A DNA stretch of 64,000 bases from an uncultured Candidatus Rokubacteria bacterium (GCA_963762145.1 CAVXJS010000021.1:288001-352000); one strand, 5' to 3'. Shown: positions 22,204-40,024, counted from the stretch's first letter. Made by a program: numbers and translations. The notes: generated from the sequence alone by a model not told the origin.

Positions 22204-22448
22204 GACGCGCTCGCCAGCACCTGCAGGATCCGCCACCGCTTTTCCTTCGACAGCGGCCGCGTCTCCTCGATCAGCACCCGGTCTCCGACCTTGCTCGCGT
22301 TCTGCTCGTCGTGCGCCTTCAGCCGCTTCGACCGGGTGATCACCCGCTCGTAGCGCGGATGACGGAACACGCGCTCGATGCGCACCACGCGCGTCTTGGT
22401 CATCTTGTCGCTGACCACCACGCCTTCCCGCCTCTTCTTCACACCCAC
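22200..22448 (-). CDS. rpsQ: 30S ribosomal protein S17
   Basis: [22 protein letters not shown]; GTG start with GGAGGAG SD. Confidence 0.95.
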   Translation of the reverse strand: MGVKKRREGVVVSDKMTKTRVVRIERVFRHPRYERVITRSKRLKAHDEQNASKVGDRVLIEETRPLSKEKRWRILQVLASAS

Positions 22449-22470
22449 GATTCGCTCCTCCCCAACCCGG

Positions 22471-22677
22471 CTACGCCGGCCGCGGGATGCGCAGCGCCCG
22501 CTCCCGGAGAATGGTCTGGGCCCGGGCCAGATCCCGCCGGGCGATCGCCACCCGCGCCGGGTTCTTGGCCACGCCCATCGAAAGCTGGAACCGCAGGTTG
22601 AAGAGCTCCTCACCGAGCTCCTGGGCCTTCTGCTGCAGCTCGTCGTCGGACATCTCACGCCACTTGGCCGCCTTCAT
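22471..22677 (-). CDS. rpmC: 50S ribosomal protein L29
   Basis: [17 protein letters not shown]; operon position. Confidence 0.95.
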   Translation of the reverse strand: MKAAKWREMSDDELQQKAQELGEELFNLRFQLSMGVAKNPARVAIARRDLARAQTILRERALRIPRPA

Positions 22678-22692
22678 GGTCGCCTCAGTGCC

Positions 22693-23109
22693 TCACAGCG
22701 CTCGCACGCGGGTCACGAACTTGGTCTTGATGCCGATCTTCTGGGCGGCCAGGCGGAACCCCTCCTTGGCCGTCGCCTCGTCCACTCCTTCCATCTCGTA
22801 CATGATGCGACCGGGCTTGACCACCGCCACCCAGAACTCCGGGTTTCCCTTGCCCTTGCCCATCCGCGTCTCGGCGGGCTTCTTGGTCACCGGCTTGTCC
22901 GGGAAGATGCGGATGAAGATCTTCCCGCCCCGCTTCACGCTACGGGCCAGCGACACTCGGGCCGCCTCGATCTGCCGGTTGGTGACCCAGCCGGGCTCGA
23001 GCGCCTTGAGGCCGAACTCGCCGAAGGCCAGGGTGGAGCCGCGCTGCGCCTTGCCCCTCATCCGGCCGCGCTGGGCCTTGCGATACTTGACGCGCTTGGG
23101 CATCAGCAT
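22693..23109 (-). CDS. rplP: 50S ribosomal protein L16
   Basis: [18 protein letters not shown]. Confidence 0.97.
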   Translation of the reverse strand: MLMPKRVKYRKAQRGRMRGKAQRGSTLAFGEFGLKALEPGWVTNRQIEAARVSLARSVKRGGKIFIRIFPDKPVTKKPAETRMGKGKGNPEFWVAVVKPGRIMYEMEGVDEATAKEGFRLAAQKIGIKTKFVTRVRAL

Positions 23110-23115
23110 GGCGAC

Positions 23116-23766
23116 TTAACCTTCGGCGACGACTTTCTGGGTGGGGAGCACCTCACCCTTGAAGATCCACACCTTCACTCCGATCGCCCCGAACGTGGTG
23201 TGCGCCTCGGCGAGCCCGTAGTCGATGTCGGCGCGGATGGTGTGCAGCGGCACCCGGCCGTCGCGGTACCACTCGCGCCGCGCGATCTCCGCGCCGCCCA
23301 GCCGGCCCGCGCAGGCGATCCGGATGCCGTCGGCGCCCAGGCGCAGGGCCGAGGTGACCGCCTTCTTCATCGCACGCCGGAAGGCCACCCGCTTCTGGAG
23401 CTGCAGGGCCACGTTCTCGGCCACCAGCTGCGCGTCCAGCTCGGGATGCACCACCTCTTCGATGTTGAGGTAGACCTCCTTGGCCGTCCGCATCTGGATC
23501 TCGTTCTTGAGCTTCTCGACCTCGGCCCCCTTGCGGCCGATGATGATGCCGGGCCGGGCCGTGAAGATGGTGATACGCGCCCGGTTGGCCGACCGCTCGA
23601 TGTCGATCCGCGAGATTCCCGCGTGATAGAGCGCCGACTTGATGTAGCGGCGGATCTTGTGGTCCTCGTGCAGCAGCCCCGCGTAGCCCTTGGTCGCGAA
23701 CCAGCGCGAGCTCCACGTGCGCGTGGTCCCCAGCCGGAATCCGATCGGATGTGTCTTCTGGCCCAT
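23116..23766 (-). CDS. rpsC: 30S ribosomal protein S3
   Basis: [34 protein letters not shown]. Confidence 0.97.
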   Translation of the reverse strand: MGQKTHPIGFRLGTTRTWSSRWFATKGYAGLLHEDHKIRRYIKSALYHAGISRIDIERSANRARITIFTARPGIIIGRKGAEVEKLKNEIQMRTAKEVYLNIEEVVHPELDAQLVAENVALQLQKRVAFRRAMKKAVTSALRLGADGIRIACAGRLGGAEIARREWYRDGRVPLHTIRADIDYGLAEAHTTFGAIGVKVWIFKGEVLPTQKVVAEG

Positions 23767-23768
23767 GA

Positions 23769-24143
23769 CTACCTCTTGTCTCCCCGCGCCGCCGCGCGCC
23801 CGGCGACCGTCTCGTCGCTCAGCTCGATGGTGAGATGGCTCGTGCGATGCTTGATGAAGTAGGCGCGCCCCATCGCCCGCGGGGACACCCGCTTCATGGA
23901 CGGCCCGCCGTCGGCCACCGCCTTGACGACCCGGAGATCGTCCAGATTCCGCACCTGGTGGTTGTGCTCCGCGTTGGCGATGGCGGAGCGCAGCACCTTC
24001 TCTATGAGGCGGCCGGCCGCCTTCGGGGTGTACTGCAGGGTCGCGAGCGCCTCCCCCACCGACTTGCCGCGGATGTGGTCGAGCACGAGGCGGGCCTTCG
24101 AGGCGGGTACCCGGATGTAACGCGCGGTCGCGGTCGTGCGCAT
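23769..24143 (-). CDS. rplV: 50S ribosomal protein L22
   Basis: [28 protein letters not shown]. Confidence 0.97.
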   Translation of the reverse strand: MRTTATARYIRVPASKARLVLDHIRGKSVGEALATLQYTPKAAGRLIEKVLRSAIANAEHNHQVRNLDDLRVVKAVADGGPSMKRVSPRAMGRAYFIKHRTSHLTIELSDETVAGRAAARGDKR

Positions 24144-24145
24144 GC

Positions 24146-24439
24146 TCAGGACTTCCCGGTCGGGGAGGCGGAAGCCTTCTCGGCCTGCCCGTGGGCCTTG
24201 AAGGTGCGGGTCAGCGCGAACTCGCCGAGGCGATGCCCGACCATGTTCTCGGTGATGTACACCGGGATGAACTTCTTGCCGTTGTGCACCGCGAGCGTGT
24301 GCCCCACGAACTCGGGGATGATGGTGGACCGCCGCGACCAGGTCTTCAGCACCTTCTTCTGGCGCGTGCGGTTCAGCTCCTCGACGCGCTTCTCGAGGCG
24401 CTCCTCGATGTACGGGCCCTTCTTGGTCGACCGTCCCAT
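24146..24439 (-). CDS. rpsS: 30S ribosomal protein S19
   Basis: [22 protein letters not shown]. Confidence 0.97.
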   Translation of the reverse strand: MGRSTKKGPYIEERLEKRVEELNRTRQKKVLKTWSRRSTIIPEFVGHTLAVHNGKKFIPVYITENMVGHRLGEFALTRTFKAHGQAEKASASPTGKS

Positions 24440-24454
24440 GGTCTGTCCCGCCCC

Positions 24455-25279
24455 CTATTTCGTCCGCCGGGTCACGATGTAGCGATCCGACGGTCGCGCC
24501 CCGCGCCGCGTCTTGTAGCCCTTGGTCGGCTTGCCCCAGGGGGTCATGGGATGGTTGCCCTTGCCCTTGCCCTCGCCGCCGCCCATCGGATGGTCCACCG
24601 GGTTCATCACGGTGCCCCGCACGGTCGGGCGGAATCCCTTCCACCGCACGCGCCCGGCCTTGCCGATGGACACGTTCTCGTGATCGAGGTTACCTACCTG
24701 ACCGATGGTGGCCATGCAGTCGAGCTTCACCTGCCGGACCTCGCCGGAGGGCAGCTTGATGTTCGCGTGGTCGCCTTCCTTGGCCAGAACCTGGGCGAGC
24801 GTCCCCGCGCTGCGGCAGAGCTGACCGCCCTTGCCGGGCTGCAGCTCCACGTTGTGCACGAGCGTGCCCAGCGGGATGTTCCGGATCGGCAGCGCGTTGC
24901 CGGGCAGGATGTCGGCCTGCGGCCCCGACATCAGGATGTCGCCCGGCTTGAGCCCGAGCGGCGCGATGATGTAGCGCTTCTCGCCGTCCCGGTAGTGGAG
25001 CAGGGCGATGCGCGCGGAGCGACCCGGATCGTACTCGATCCCCGCCACCTTGGCCGGGATCCCGAACTTCTCGCGGCGGAAATCGACGTCGCGGAGCATG
25101 CGCTTGGCCCCGCCGCCCCGGTGCCGCACCGTGATGCGGCCGTGAACGTTGCGCCCGTTGGTGCGCCGCTTGGGGCGCAGCAGGCTCTTCTCCGGCGTCT
25201 TCTTCGTGATGTCTTCGTTGGTGACGAAGGTCATGTAGCGCCGGGCCGGCGACGTGGGCTTGACGGTGCGGATTCCCAT
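24455..25279 (-). CDS. rplB: 50S ribosomal protein L2
   Basis: [22 protein letters not shown]. Confidence 0.97.
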   Translation of the reverse strand: MGIRTVKPTSPARRYMTFVTNEDITKKTPEKSLLRPKRRTNGRNVHGRITVRHRGGGAKRMLRDVDFRREKFGIPAKVAGIEYDPGRSARIALLHYRDGEKRYIIAPLGLKPGDILMSGPQADILPGNALPIRNIPLGTLVHNVELQPGKGGQLCRSAGTLAQVLAKEGDHANIKLPSGEVRQVKLDCMATIGQVGNLDHENVSIGKAGRVRWKGFRPTVRGTVMNPVDHPMGGGEGKGKGNHPMTPWGKPTKGYKTRRGARPSDRYIVTRRTK

Positions 25280-25283
25280 GGTG

Positions 25284-25574
25284 CTAGGCGCCCTCCACGA
25301 GCTCGATCTTGTGACCGGGGGCCAGCGTGACCATGGCCTTCTTCCAGCTCCGGCGCCGCCCCTCGAACTTGCCCATGCGCTTCCACTTGCCCTCGCGGGC
25401 CTGGGTGCGCACGTCCGCGACCTTGACGTTGAAGACCTTCTCCACCGCGTGACGGATCTCGACCTTGTTGGCGTCGACCGCCACCTCGAAAGTCACGGTG
25501 TTGGTGACTTCCTTCTGCTGCATGCTCTTCTCCGTCATCAGGGGGCGAACGAGCACCGAGCGCGGATCCCTCAT
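25284..25574 (-). CDS. rplW: 50S ribosomal protein L23
   Basis: [21 protein letters not shown]. Confidence 0.95.
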   Translation of the reverse strand: MRDPRSVLVRPLMTEKSMQQKEVTNTVTFEVAVDANKVEIRHAVEKVFNVKVADVRTQAREGKWKRMGKFEGRRRSWKKAMVTLAPGHKIELVEGA

Positions 25575-26197
25575 GACTTGAGCGCCTCCTGCAGCGCGAG
25601 CAGCGCCGCCTTCTCGAACACCACCCGCTCGCTCCGGATCAGCTGGTAGACCGACACGTGCCCGGGCGTCTCCAGGGTGAGCCACGCCACGTTGCGCGCG
25701 GCGCGCTTGAGCCCGTCCGGCACCTCGGCAACCACCAGCAGGGTGGGCACCCCGACGATGCCCAGCCCCTTCAGCCGGGTGGCCAGGGTCTTGGTCTTGG
25801 CGTCGGTCACCGCGAACGTCTCCACCACCGCGAGCTCGCCGGCGTCCAGCTTCACCGCCACCGCTTCGCGCAGCGCGGCCCGGCGCATCTCGGTGGGCAG
25901 GCGCTTGTCGTACTTGCGCGGCCGGGGCCCGAACGGCTTGCCGCCGCCCTTCCACTGGGTGGCCCGGATCGATCCCTGCCGCGCCCGCCCGGTGCCCTTC
26001 TGCTTCCACGGCTTGCGTCCGCCGCCCGACACGTCGCTGCGCCCGCGCGTCGAATGCGTGCCCGCGCGCCGCGCGGCCAGCTCCTTCACCACCGCCTGGT
26101 GGAGCAGAGGAATGCGCGGGGTGCCGCCGAACACGTCGGCGGACAGCTCGAGGGTCTGGGCCTTGCCGGTGCCGCCGCTGACCGGAACGCTGGGCAT
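25571..26197 (-). CDS. rplD: 50S ribosomal protein L4
   Basis: GGGRKPWKQKGTGRARQGSIR. Confidence 0.97.
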   Translation of the reverse strand: MPSVPVSGGTGKAQTLELSADVFGGTPRIPLLHQAVVKELAARRAGTHSTRGRSDVSGGGRKPWKQKGTGRARQGSIRATQWKGGGKPFGPRPRKYDKRLPTEMRRAALREAVAVKLDAGELAVVETFAVTDAKTKTLATRLKGLGIVGVPTLLVVAEVPDGLKRAARNVAWLTLETPGHVSVYQLIRSERVVFEKAALLALQEALKS

Positions 26198-26199
26198 GG

Positions 26200-26880
26200 C
26201 TACTTGGCCTCTCGCGCCTTCTGCTGCTGCGCCTTGGTCTGCTTCACGCTCTTGCGGATCACCACGAGCCCGCCGATCGCGCCCGGCACCGCGCCGCGGA
26301 GCAGGATCAGGTTCTGCTCGGGGAGCACGCGCGCCACCACCAGGTTGAGGACGGTGCGGCGATCGCCGCCCATCCGGCCCGGCAGGTGGTGGCCCGGCCA
26401 CACCCGCGACGGATCCGACGACGCACCTATCGAGCCCGGCCGGCGGTGGAACATGGAGCCGTGGGACGCGTCGCCGCCCGACCAGCCGTAGCGCTTGACG
26501 CCGCCCGCGAAGCCCTTGCCCTTGGTCACCCCCACCACGTCCACGAACTCGCCCGGAGTGAACAGGCCCACGGTGAGGGTCTGGCCGACCTGGTAGGCGC
26601 TCACCGCCTCGGTCTTCTGCAGCCGGATCTCCTGCAGCACCCGCATCGCTCCCGGCACGCCCGCCTTCTTGTAGAGGCCGGCCATCGCCTTGGTGACGTT
26701 CTTCTTGCGGGACTCGAAGCCGAGCTGGAGCGCGTCGTAGCCGTGGGTCGGCTTGGTGCGCAGGCCCACCACCGTGCAGGGGCCCGCCTCGACCACGGTC
26801 ACCGGGATGAGGTTGCCGTCCTCCCCGAAGACCTGGGTCATGCCCTTCTTGCGGCCGATCAGCCCCTCTTTCATCGCCAT
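26200..26880 (-). CDS. rplC: 50S ribosomal protein L3
   Basis: GRKKGMTQVF, KGKGFAG, PGRMGG. Confidence 0.97.
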   Translation of the reverse strand: MAMKEGLIGRKKGMTQVFGEDGNLIPVTVVEAGPCTVVGLRTKPTHGYDALQLGFESRKKNVTKAMAGLYKKAGVPGAMRVLQEIRLQKTEAVSAYQVGQTLTVGLFTPGEFVDVVGVTKGKGFAGGVKRYGWSGGDASHGSMFHRRPGSIGASSDPSRVWPGHHLPGRMGGDRRTVLNLVVARVLPEQNLILLRGAVPGAIGGLVVIRKSVKQTKAQQQKAREAK

Positions 26881-26902
26881 CGTCTTAGGTTCCTATCTTC
26901 TC

Positions 26903-26942
26903 TCTTGTATTCGCTCGTCTCGCCTTCGGCTGCGCCTCGCCC
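26903..26942 (-). repeat. Dispersed repeat family 1, intergenic copy (rpsJ-rplC)
   Basis: Plus strand TCTTGTATTCGCTCGTCTCGCCTTCGGCTGCGCCTCGCCC. Confidence 0.9.
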
Positions 26943-26949
26943 AGCATTT

Positions 26950-27270
26950 CTAGAGCTTGATCTCGACGTCCACACCACTCGGGAGGTCGAGCTTCATCAG
27001 CGCGTCCACCGTCTGGGGAGTCGGATCCAGGATGTCGATCAGTCGCTTGTGCGTCCGCATCTCGAACTGCTCACGTGAGGTCTTGTCCACGTGGGGCGAG
27101 CGCAGCACTGTCCACCGGTTGATGATGGTGGGCAGCAGCACCGGCCCGGTCACGCGCGCACCGGTGCGGCGCACCGTCTCCACGATCTCCTTCATCGAGC
27201 GGTCCAGAAGACTGTGGTCGTAGGCCTTCAGGCGGATCCGGATCTTCTGGTCGGCGCTGACGGTAGCCAT
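26950..27270 (-). CDS. rpsJ: 30S ribosomal protein S10
   Basis: [31 protein letters not shown]. Confidence 0.97.
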   Translation of the reverse strand: MATVSADQKIRIRLKAYDHSLLDRSMKEIVETVRRTGARVTGPVLLPTIINRWTVLRSPHVDKTSREQFEMRTHKRLIDILDPTPQTVDALMKLDLPSGVDVEIKL

Positions 27271-27276
27271 GGCGTG

Positions 27277-28473
<1,197 letters not shown>

Positions 28474-28494
28474 GATTCGTTCTCCTGTAGCGGG

Positions 28495-30612
28495 CTAGCG
28501 GGAGCCGCCGCGGGTGGAGCCCCCCTCGCCGCGGCTCTTCGCCATGATCTCTTCGGCAAGGTTGCGGGGCACTTCCTCGTAGCGGGCGAACTGCATCGTA
28601 TACGTGGCCCGACCCTGGGTCATCGAGCGCACGTCGGTCGCGTACCCGAACATCTGGCCGAGCGGCACGTTGGCGCGGATCACCTGGGCGTTGGCGCGCG
28701 CCTCCATCGACAGGATCTTGCCGCGGCGGCTGTTGAGGTCGCCCACGACCGCTCCCTGGAACTCCGAGGGGGTCACCACCTCGACGTCCATCACCGGCTC
28801 CAGCAGGACGGGCTTGGCCTTGCGGCAGCCCTCCTTGAATCCCATGGAGGCGGCGATCTTGAAGGCCATCTCGTTCGAGTCCACTTCGTGATAGCTGCCG
28901 TCGGTCAGGGCAACCCGCACGTCCACCACCGGGTACCCGGCCAGCACGCCGGTCTCGGCCGCTTCCTTGATGCCCTTCTCCACCGCCGGCACGTACTCGC
29001 GGGGAATGGCGGGGCCCTTCAGCTCGTTCTCGAACACCACGCCCGAGCCCGGCTCGCCCGGCTCCACCTCGAGCCACACGTCGCCGTACTGGCCCCGGCC
29101 GCCGGTCTGGCGCACGAACCGCCCCTGGGCTTCCGCCTTCTGGCGGACCGTCTCCCGGTAGGCGACCTGCGGCTTGCCGACGTTGGCCTCGACCTTGAAC
29201 TCGCGCAGGAGGCGGTCGACGATGATCTCGAGGTGCAGCTCGCCCATGCCGTGGATCAGGGTCTGGTTGGTCTCCGGATCCACGTTGACCTTGAACGTCG
29301 GATCTTCCATCGCCAGGCGGGCGAGCGACTGCCCGAGCTTCTCCTCGTCCACCTTGGTCTTGGGCTCGATGGCCACCGCGATGACCGGGGTCGGGAAATC
29401 CATCGCCTCGAGCACCACCGGCTTGCCCGGGTCGCACAGGGTGTCGCCGGTGCGCGTATCCTTCAGCCCCACGACGGCCGCGATGTCGCCCGCCGAGATG
29501 GAGTCGATGTCCTCGCGCTTGTTGGCGTGCATGCGCAGCAGCCGGCCGATCCGCTCCTTCTTCTCGCGCGTGGAGTTGTAGACGCCGGTGCCCTGGTTGA
29601 GGGTGCCGGAGTACACGCGCACGAAGGTGAGCTGGCCCACGTGCTGGTCGTTCATGATCTTGAAGGCCAGCGCGGAGAAGGCAGCCTTGGGATCGGCGTC
29701 GCGGGTCTCCGGCTGGCCGTTGTCGGGATTCACGCCGGTCACCGGCGGAATGTCGATGGGCGAGGGCAGGTAATCCACCACCGCGTCCAGCATCGCCTGC
29801 ACGCCCTTGTTCTTGAACGAGGCCCCGCAGATCACCGGGAAGAGCTTCATGGTGATGGTGCCGGCGCGGACCGCGGCCTTGATCTCGGCCGGGGTGATCT
29901 TCTCGGTCTCACCGCCCAGGTACTTCTCCATGAGGTGGTCGTCAACCTCGGCGAGGCCCTCGATCATCTTCTCCCGGTATTCCTTCACCACGTCCCGCAT
30001 GTCGGCCGGGATCTCCACCGTGTTGAACGTCCCGCCTAGGTCCTCGGAGTCTTCCCACACGTAGGCGACCTGGTCGATCAGATCCACCAGGCCGAGGAAG
30101 CCGTCCTCGCGGCCGATGGGCACCTGGATCGGGACCGCGTGCGCGCCCAGCCGGTCCTTCAGCATGGCCAGGCACCGGTAGTAGTCGGCCCCGATGCGGT
30201 CCATCTTGTTGACGTAGACGATGCGCGGCACCTTGTACTTGTCGGCCTGCCGCCAGACCGTCTCGGTCTGGGGCTCGACCCCGGAGACCGCGTCCAGGAT
30301 GGCGAGCGCGCCGTCCAGCACCCGGAGGGACCGCTCGACTTCCATCGTGAAGTCCACGTGGCCCGGAGTGTCGATGATGTTGACCCGGCAGTCCTTCCAG
30401 AAGCAGGTGGTGGCCGCGGACGTGATGGTGATGCCGCGCTCCTGCTCCTGGACCATCCAGTCCATCGTGGCAGTCCCCTCGTGCACCTCGCCGATCTTGT
30501 AGGATCGGCCGGTGTAGTAGAGGACCCGCTCGGTGGTCGTGGTCTTCCCGGCATCGATGTGCGCCATGATGCCGATGTTCCGGGTCTTTTCCAGAGGGTA
30601 CTGCGCTTCCAC
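28495..30612 (-). CDS. fusA: Elongation factor G
   Basis: [33 protein letters not shown]. Confidence 0.98.
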   Translation of the reverse strand: MEAQYPLEKTRNIGIMAHIDAGKTTTTERVLYYTGRSYKIGEVHEGTATMDWMVQEQERGITITSAATTCFWKDCRVNIIDTPGHVDFTMEVERSLRVLDGALAILDAVSGVEPQTETVWRQADKYKVPRIVYVNKMDRIGADYYRCLAMLKDRLGAHAVPIQVPIGREDGFLGLVDLIDQVAYVWEDSEDLGGTFNTVEIPADMRDVVKEYREKMIEGLAEVDDHLMEKYLGGETEKITPAEIKAAVRAGTITMKLFPVICGASFKNKGVQAMLDAVVDYLPSPIDIPPVTGVNPDNGQPETRDADPKAAFSALAFKIMNDQHVGQLTFVRVYSGTLNQGTGVYNSTREKKERIGRLLRMHANKREDIDSISAGDIAAVVGLKDTRTGDTLCDPGKPVVLEAMDFPTPVIAVAIEPKTKVDEEKLGQSLARLAMEDPTFKVNVDPETNQTLIHGMGELHLEIIVDRLLREFKVEANVGKPQVAYRETVRQKAEAQGRFVRQTGGRGQYGDVWLEVEPGEPGSGVVFENELKGPAIPREYVPAVEKGIKEAAETGVLAGYPVVDVRVALTDGSYHEVDSNEMAFKIAASMGFKEGCRKAKPVLLEPVMDVEVVTPSEFQGAVVGDLNSRRGKILSMEARANAQVIRANVPLGQMFGYATDVRSMTQGRATYTMQFARYEEVPRNLAEEIMAKSRGEGGSTRGGSR

Positions 30613-30656
30613 TGCTTGTCTTCTCCCTAGTAGGGCCGGCGGCGGGACTCAAGAGA

Positions 30657-30685
30657 AGAGGGGGGCGAGGTCACCGCCCCCCTCT
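30657..30685 (-). terminator. 11-bp stem-loop between rpsG and fusA (possible attenuator or processing site)
   Basis: AGAGGGGGGCG-7 nt-CGCCCCCCTCT perfect stem, followed by TCTCTT on the sense strand. Confidence 0.45.
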
Positions 30686-30698
30686 GTGCATCTCGTCG

Positions 30699-31166
30699 CT
30701 ACCAGCGGTAATGCGCGAACGCCTTGTTGGCCTCCGCCATCTTGTGAGTGTCTTCTCGCTTCTTCACCGCGGTGCCGCGGTTGTTGGCGGCGTCCAGCAG
30801 CTCGGCGGCGAGCTTGTCGGCCATGCTGCGCTCCGCCCGGCGCCGCGCGGCGCCGATGAGCCACCGCATGCTGAGCGCGGTGCGCCGGTCCGGCCGCACC
30901 TCGACCGGGACCTGGTAGGTGGAGCCGCCGACCCGCCGCGATTTCACCTCGACGGCCGGCTTGCAGTTGTCCACCGCGCTCTTGAAGAGCTTGAGCGAGT
31001 CCTGGCGGGCGCGATCTTCCATCGCCTGGAGGGCGTCGTACATGATCCGCTCCGCCGTGCTCTTCTTGCCGCCGTACATCATCATGTTCACGAACTTCGC
31101 CACCAGCCGGCTCCCGTGCTTCGGGTCCGGAAGGATCTCCCGTCGTGCCGCCCCCGCCCGCCGCAT
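30699..31166 (-). CDS. rpsG: 30S ribosomal protein S7
   Basis: [35 protein letters not shown]. Confidence 0.97.
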   Translation of the reverse strand: MRRAGAARREILPDPKHGSRLVAKFVNMMMYGGKKSTAERIMYDALQAMEDRARQDSLKLFKSAVDNCKPAVEVKSRRVGGSTYQVPVEVRPDRRTALSMRWLIGAARRRAERSMADKLAAELLDAANNRGTAVKKREDTHKMAEANKAFAHYRW

Positions 31167-31167
31167 C

Positions 31168-31551
31168 CTAGGCTCCGGAGCCCTTTGGCTGCTTGGCGCC
31201 GTACTTGGAGCGGCTCTGACGGCGTCCGGCCACCCCCGCGGTGTCCAGCGATCCCCGGATGATGTGATAGCGGATACCGGGCAGATCCTTCACTCGGCCG
31301 CCACGGATGAGCACGATCGAGTGCTCCTGCAGATTGTGGCCGACCCCGGGAATATAGGACGTCACCTCGAGCCCGTTGGTCAGGCGCACCCGCGCGACCT
31401 TCCGGAGGGCCGAGTTCGGCTTCTTCGGCGTCGTGGTGTACACGCGAATGCACACCCCACGCTTCTGGGGACAGGACTCCATGGCGGGCGTCTTGGACTT
31501 CTTGCGCACCGCCTCGCGGCCCTGCCGCACCAGCTGGTTAATCGTTGGCAT
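31168..31551 (-). CDS. rpsL: 30S ribosomal protein S12
   Basis: [26 protein letters not shown]. Confidence 0.98.
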   Translation of the reverse strand: MPTINQLVRQGREAVRKKSKTPAMESCPQKRGVCIRVYTTTPKKPNSALRKVARVRLTNGLEVTSYIPGVGHNLQEHSIVLIRGGRVKDLPGIRYHIIRGSLDTAGVAGRRQSRSKYGAKQPKGSGA

Positions 31552-31599
31552 AGTTCGTCATCGACTTTCTCATGGCCTCAATAGGGCCAAAACCCTAAC

Positions 31600-31628
31600 T
31601 TTATATCTGACGAGTGCACGTTTGTCAA
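31600..31628 (-). promoter_or_regulatory. Sigma70 promoter of the str(-S10-spc-alpha) operon
   Basis: TTGACA-17 nt-TATAAA in an AT-rich gap about 50 nt upstream of rpsL. Confidence 0.65.
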
Positions 31629-31648
31629 TCGCCCCTTCCGGGCCGGTC

Positions 31649-35851
<4,203 letters not shown>

Positions 35852-35864
35852 TCTATGAATCTCC

Positions 35865-38800
35865 TTACGACGGCTTCTTGCCGTCCTTCGGGATGAGCTC
35901 CACGTCCAGCGCCAAGCTCTGCAGCTCCTTCACGAGCACGTTGAAGGACTCCGGCGTGCCCGGCTCCAGGAAGTTCTCTCCCTTCACGATGGCCTCGTAG
36001 ATCCGGTTCCGTCCTTCCACGTCGTCCGACTTGACGGTCAGCATCTCCTGCAGGGTGTGGGCGGCGCCGTAGGCTTCCAGCGCCCAGACCTCCATCTCGC
36101 CGAATCGCTGGCCGCCGAACTGGGCCTTGCCGCCCAGGGGCTGCTGCGTGACCAGCGAGTAGGGGCCGATGGAGCGAGCGTGCATCTTGTCGTCGACCAG
36201 GTGGGCCAGCTTGAGCATGTAGATGTAGCCCACCGTGACTTCCTGGTGGAACGACTTCCCGGTGCGCCCGTCGAAGAGCAGGGTCTTGCCGGTCGACGGC
36301 AGGCCCGCGTCACCCAGGTGGGTGCGGATCTCTTCCTCGGTGGCCCCGTCGAAGACCGGGCTCGCCACCCAGAGCCCCAGGGCCCGGGCCGCCCAGCCGA
36401 GATGGGTCTCGAGGATCTGCCCCACGTTCATCCGGGACGGCACCCCGAGCGGGTTCAGCACGATCTCCACCGGCGTGCCGTCGGGGAGGTACGGCATGTC
36501 CTCCTGGGGCAGGATGCGCGAGACCACGCCCTTGTTGCCGTGGCGGCCCGCCATCTTGTCGCCCACCGAGAGCTTCCGCTTCACCGCCACGTAGACCTTC
36601 ACCATCTTGATCACGCCCGGCGGCAAGTCGTCGCCGCGGCGCAGCCGGCCCACGCGCTCCTCCAGCATCCGGTCGAAGAACGCGATCTGGTCGTCGGCGA
36701 GGTCCTCGATCTTTTTCACCGTGACCGTCAGGCCCTCGTCCTCCTTGATCTTGATCTTCTTCAGCTCGTGCCAGGACAGGTTGTCCATGTCCGGGCGGTC
36801 GATCTTGTCGCCCTTCTTGGTGAGCCGCTCCTTGGTGGTCGGGTCGATCAGGTCGCCGACCAGGGTCTTGCCGAACAGCAGGTTCTTGAGCTTCTGGTCG
36901 CGCTCCATCTCGACCATGGCGATCTCGTCCTGGTAGTCCTTCTCCAGGCCCGCGATCTCCTCGTCCTCGATCGACTTGGCGCGGTCGTCCTTGTCCACCC
37001 CGCGACGGGAGAACACCTTCACGTCCACCACCGTGCCCTCGATGCCCGGGGGCACCGTCAGCGAGGTGTCGCGCACGTCGCCCGCCTTCTCGCCGAAGAT
37101 CGCGCGCAGCAGCTTCTCTTCCGGGGTGAGCTGGGTCTCGCCCTTCGGGGTGATCTTGCCGACGAGGATGTCGCCGGCCTTCACCTTGGCCCCGATCCGC
37201 ACGATGCCCGACTCGTCGAGGTCCTTGAGGGCCTCTTCCGAGACGTTGGGAATGTCGCGGGTGACCTCTTCCTTACCCAGCTTGGTGTCGCGGGCCTGGA
37301 CCTCGAACTCCTCGATGTGGATCGAGGTATAGCGGTCGTCCTTGACCAGGCGCTCCGAGACCAGGATCGCGTCCTCGAAGTTGTACCCGCCCCACGGCAT
37401 GAAGGCCACCAGCACGTTGCGGCCCAGGGCCAGCTCCCCCTGGTCGGTGGCCGGCCCGTCGCCGATCACGTCGCCCGCCTTCACCCGATCCCCCTTGCCC
37501 ACGATCGGGCGCTGGTTGATGCAGGTGTTCTGGTTCGAGCGGCGATACTTGGTCAGGTTGTAGATGTCGAGCGGCAGGTCCTGGACCGGATCCGCCTTCT
37601 TGGAGCGCGTCTCCGCCCGCACCACGATGCGGTTGGCCGAGACGTACTCGACCACTCCCGGGCGGCGGGCCAGCACCACCGCGCCCGAGTCGCGGGCCAC
37701 GATGTGCTCCATGCCGGTGCCGACCAGCGGCGCCTCCGGCTGCAGCAGCGGGACCGCCTGCCGCTGCATGTTGGCGCCCATGAGGGCCCGGTTGGCGTCG
37801 TCGTTCTCGAGGAACGGCACCATCGCCGCCGCCACCGAGACGAGCTGCTTGGGCGAGATGTCGATGAAGTGGATCTCGTCCGGCGCCACCATCTTGTACT
37901 CGCCGCCCTTCCGGGCCGAGACCCGGTCCTGCATGAAGCGGCCCTGCTCGTTCATCGACGCGTTGGCCTGCGCGATGACGTAGCGCTCTTCCTCGAGCGC
38001 GGTGAGGTACACCGGATCGCCGGGCAGCACGCTGCCCTTCTCGACCTTCCGATAGGGCGTCTCGATGAAACCAAATTCATTGATGCGCGCGTAGGTGCTG
38101 AGCGAGCTGATCAGGCCGATGTTCGGGCCTTCCGGCGTCTCGATCGGACAGATGCGCCCGTAGTGGGTCGGGTGCACGTCGCGCACCTCGAACCCGGCGC
38201 GCTCCCGCGACAGGCCGCGCGGGCCCAGGGCGGAGAGCCGGCGCTTGTGGGTCAGCTCGGCCAGGGGGTTCGTCTGGTCCATGAACTGGCTGAGCTGGGA
38301 GGAGCCGAAGAACTCCTTCACCACCGCCGAGACCGGCTTGGCGTTGATGAGGTCGTGCGGCATCAGGTTGGTGATGTCGGAGATCGACATCCGCTCCTTG
38401 ACCGCGCGCTCCATGCGGGTGAGACCGACGCGGAACTGGTTCTCGAGCAGCTCGCCCACCGAGCGGACGCGCCGGTTGCCGAGGTGGTCGATGTCGTCGG
38501 TCGGCTTGCTCCCGAGCTTGACCTGGAACAGGTGCCGTATCACGTAGACCACGTCCTCGCTGCGGAGGGTCTTGATGTTGAGGTTGGCCCCGATGCCGAG
38601 CTTCTTGTTGATCATGAAGCGGCCGACGCGGGCCAGGTCGTAGCGGCGCGGATCGATGAACATGCCGCGGAACAGCGCGCGGGCCGACTCCACGGTGGGC
38701 GGATCGCCGGGGCGCAGCCGCCGGTAGATCTCCACCAGGGCCTCGTCCGGATTCTTGAAGTGGTCGCGCGAGAGCGTCTCGTACAGCGAGCCGTCCGTCT

Positions 38801-39872
38801 TGCCCGGCACCATCGCGAGCAGCTTGAAGGGGGCCACCCGGCGCCCCATGATCTGGGCCAGGAGCGTGGCGGTGATCTCCTGGTTCGTCTCGACCAGGAC
38901 CTCGCCGGTCTCCGCGTCCACCACCCGCCCGCCGGTCCGGCGGCCCACCAGCGACTCCGCCTTGACCGGGATCTTGGTGATGCCGGCCTCGACGAGCTTC
39001 TCGATGATCTTCGGGTTCAGGGTCTTGCCCGCCTGGACGATCGCTTCCTTGGCGCGGGGCGCCTTGACGTCGTCGCCGACCTTGGCCCCGTTGTGGACCT
39101 CGGGGGAGAGCTTCACCCAGGCCATCCGGTCCTCGAAGGAGAGCACCTCCTCCGCCTCGTAGAACTGGCCGAGGATCTCCTCGTCGGAGAGGATCACGCC
39201 CTTCTCGAGGAACCAGAACGCGCGCAGGAACGCGGTGGCGAGCATCTTGCGCCGCCGGTCCACCCGCACGTAGAGGATGTCGTTGGCGTCGAACTCGAAC
39301 TCCACCCACGAGCCGCGGTAGGGGATCACCCGGGCCGAGAACAGCAGCTTGCCCGAGGCGACCGTCTTGCCCTTGTCGTCGTCGAAGAACACGCCCGCGG
39401 AGCGCTGGAGCTGCGAGACCACCACCCGCTCGGTGCCGTTGATGATGAAGGTGCCCTTCTCGGTCATGAGCGGCAGCTCGCCGAGATACACCTCCTGCTC
39501 CCGCACCTCGCGCACGGTCTGGGTCTTGGCTTCCTTGTCGTTGTCGATGACCTTGAGCCGCAGCGTCACCTTCAGGGGGATCGCGAAGGTCATGCCCCGG
39601 TCGTGGCACTCCTCGACCGTGTACTTGGGATCGCCGAAGTGGTAGCTGTGGAACTCGAGCATGGCGTTCCCGTTGTAGTCCTGGATCGGGAACACCGACT
39701 TGAAGACCGCCTGCAGTCCCGTCTCGTCGCGCCGCTCGGGCGCGATCTCCTTCTGGAGAAACTGCTCGTAGGACTGCTGCTGGATCTCGATGAGATTCGG
39801 AATCTCGACGATGGACGGGATCTTGCCGAAGTCCTTGCGGACCCGGCGCCCGCACTCGATGTTGTGCGCCAT
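35865..39872 (-). CDS. rpoB: RNA polymerase beta subunit
   Basis: [34 protein letters not shown]; ATG at 39872. Confidence 0.98.
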   Translation of the reverse strand: MAHNIECGRRVRKDFGKIPSIVEIPNLIEIQQQSYEQFLQKEIAPERRDETGLQAVFKSVFPIQDYNGNAMLEFHSYHFGDPKYTVEECHDRGMTFAIPLKVTLRLKVIDNDKEAKTQTVREVREQEVYLGELPLMTEKGTFIINGTERVVVSQLQRSAGVFFDDDKGKTVASGKLLFSARVIPYRGSWVEFEFDANDILYVRVDRRRKMLATAFLRAFWFLEKGVILSDEEILGQFYEAEEVLSFEDRMAWVKLSPEVHNGAKVGDDVKAPRAKEAIVQAGKTLNPKIIEKLVEAGITKIPVKAESLVGRRTGGRVVDAETGEVLVETNQEITATLLAQIMGRRVAPFKLLAMVPGKTDGSLYETLSRDHFKNPDEALVEIYRRLRPGDPPTVESARALFRGMFIDPRRYDLARVGRFMINKKLGIGANLNIKTLRSEDVVYVIRHLFQVKLGSKPTDDIDHLGNRRVRSVGELLENQFRVGLTRMERAVKERMSISDITNLMPHDLINAKPVSAVVKEFFGSSQLSQFMDQTNPLAELTHKRRLSALGPRGLSRERAGFEVRDVHPTHYGRICPIETPEGPNIGLISSLSTYARINEFGFIETPYRKVEKGSVLPGDPVYLTALEEERYVIAQANASMNEQGRFMQDRVSARKGGEYKMVAPDEIHFIDISPKQLVSVAAAMVPFLENDDANRALMGANMQRQAVPLLQPEAPLVGTGMEHIVARDSGAVVLARRPGVVEYVSANRIVVRAETRSKKADPVQDLPLDIYNLTKYRRSNQNTCINQRPIVGKGDRVKAGDVIGDGPATDQGELALGRNVLVAFMPWGGYNFEDAILVSERLVKDDRYTSIHIEEFEVQARDTKLGKEEVTRDIPNVSEEALKDLDESGIVRIGAKVKAGDILVGKITPKGETQLTPEEKLLRAIFGEKAGDVRDTSLTVPPGIEGTVVDVKVFSRRGVDKDDRAKSIEDEEIAGLEKDYQDEIAMVEMERDQKLKNLLFGKTLVGDLIDPTTKERLTKKGDKIDRPDMDNLSWHELKKIKIKEDEGLTVTVKKIEDLADDQIAFFDRMLEERVGRLRRGDDLPPGVIKMVKVYVAVKRKLSVGDKMAGRHGNKGVVSRILPQEDMPYLPDGTPVEIVLNPLGVPSRMNVGQILETHLGWAARALGLWVASPVFDGATEEEIRTHLGDAGLPSTGKTLLFDGRTGKSFHQEVTVGYIYMLKLAHLVDDKMHARSIGPYSLVTQQPLGGKAQFGGQRFGEMEVWALEAYGAAHTLQEMLTVKSDDVEGRNRIYEAIVKGENFLEPGTPESFNVLVKELQSLALDVELIPKDGKKPS

Positions 39873-40024
39873 ACACCCTCCGCGCCCCGTTTGCCGCAGG
39901 GCTGGGTTCGACCCGCCGCCGTCACGCACTCCGGGGAGTCCGGAGCCGCGCCCAGCGGCGACACGTTGGTGTCAACGGGGAACCGGACACCGATTCCCCG
40001 GTCTGAGTCACTCCGCCGCGGAGG

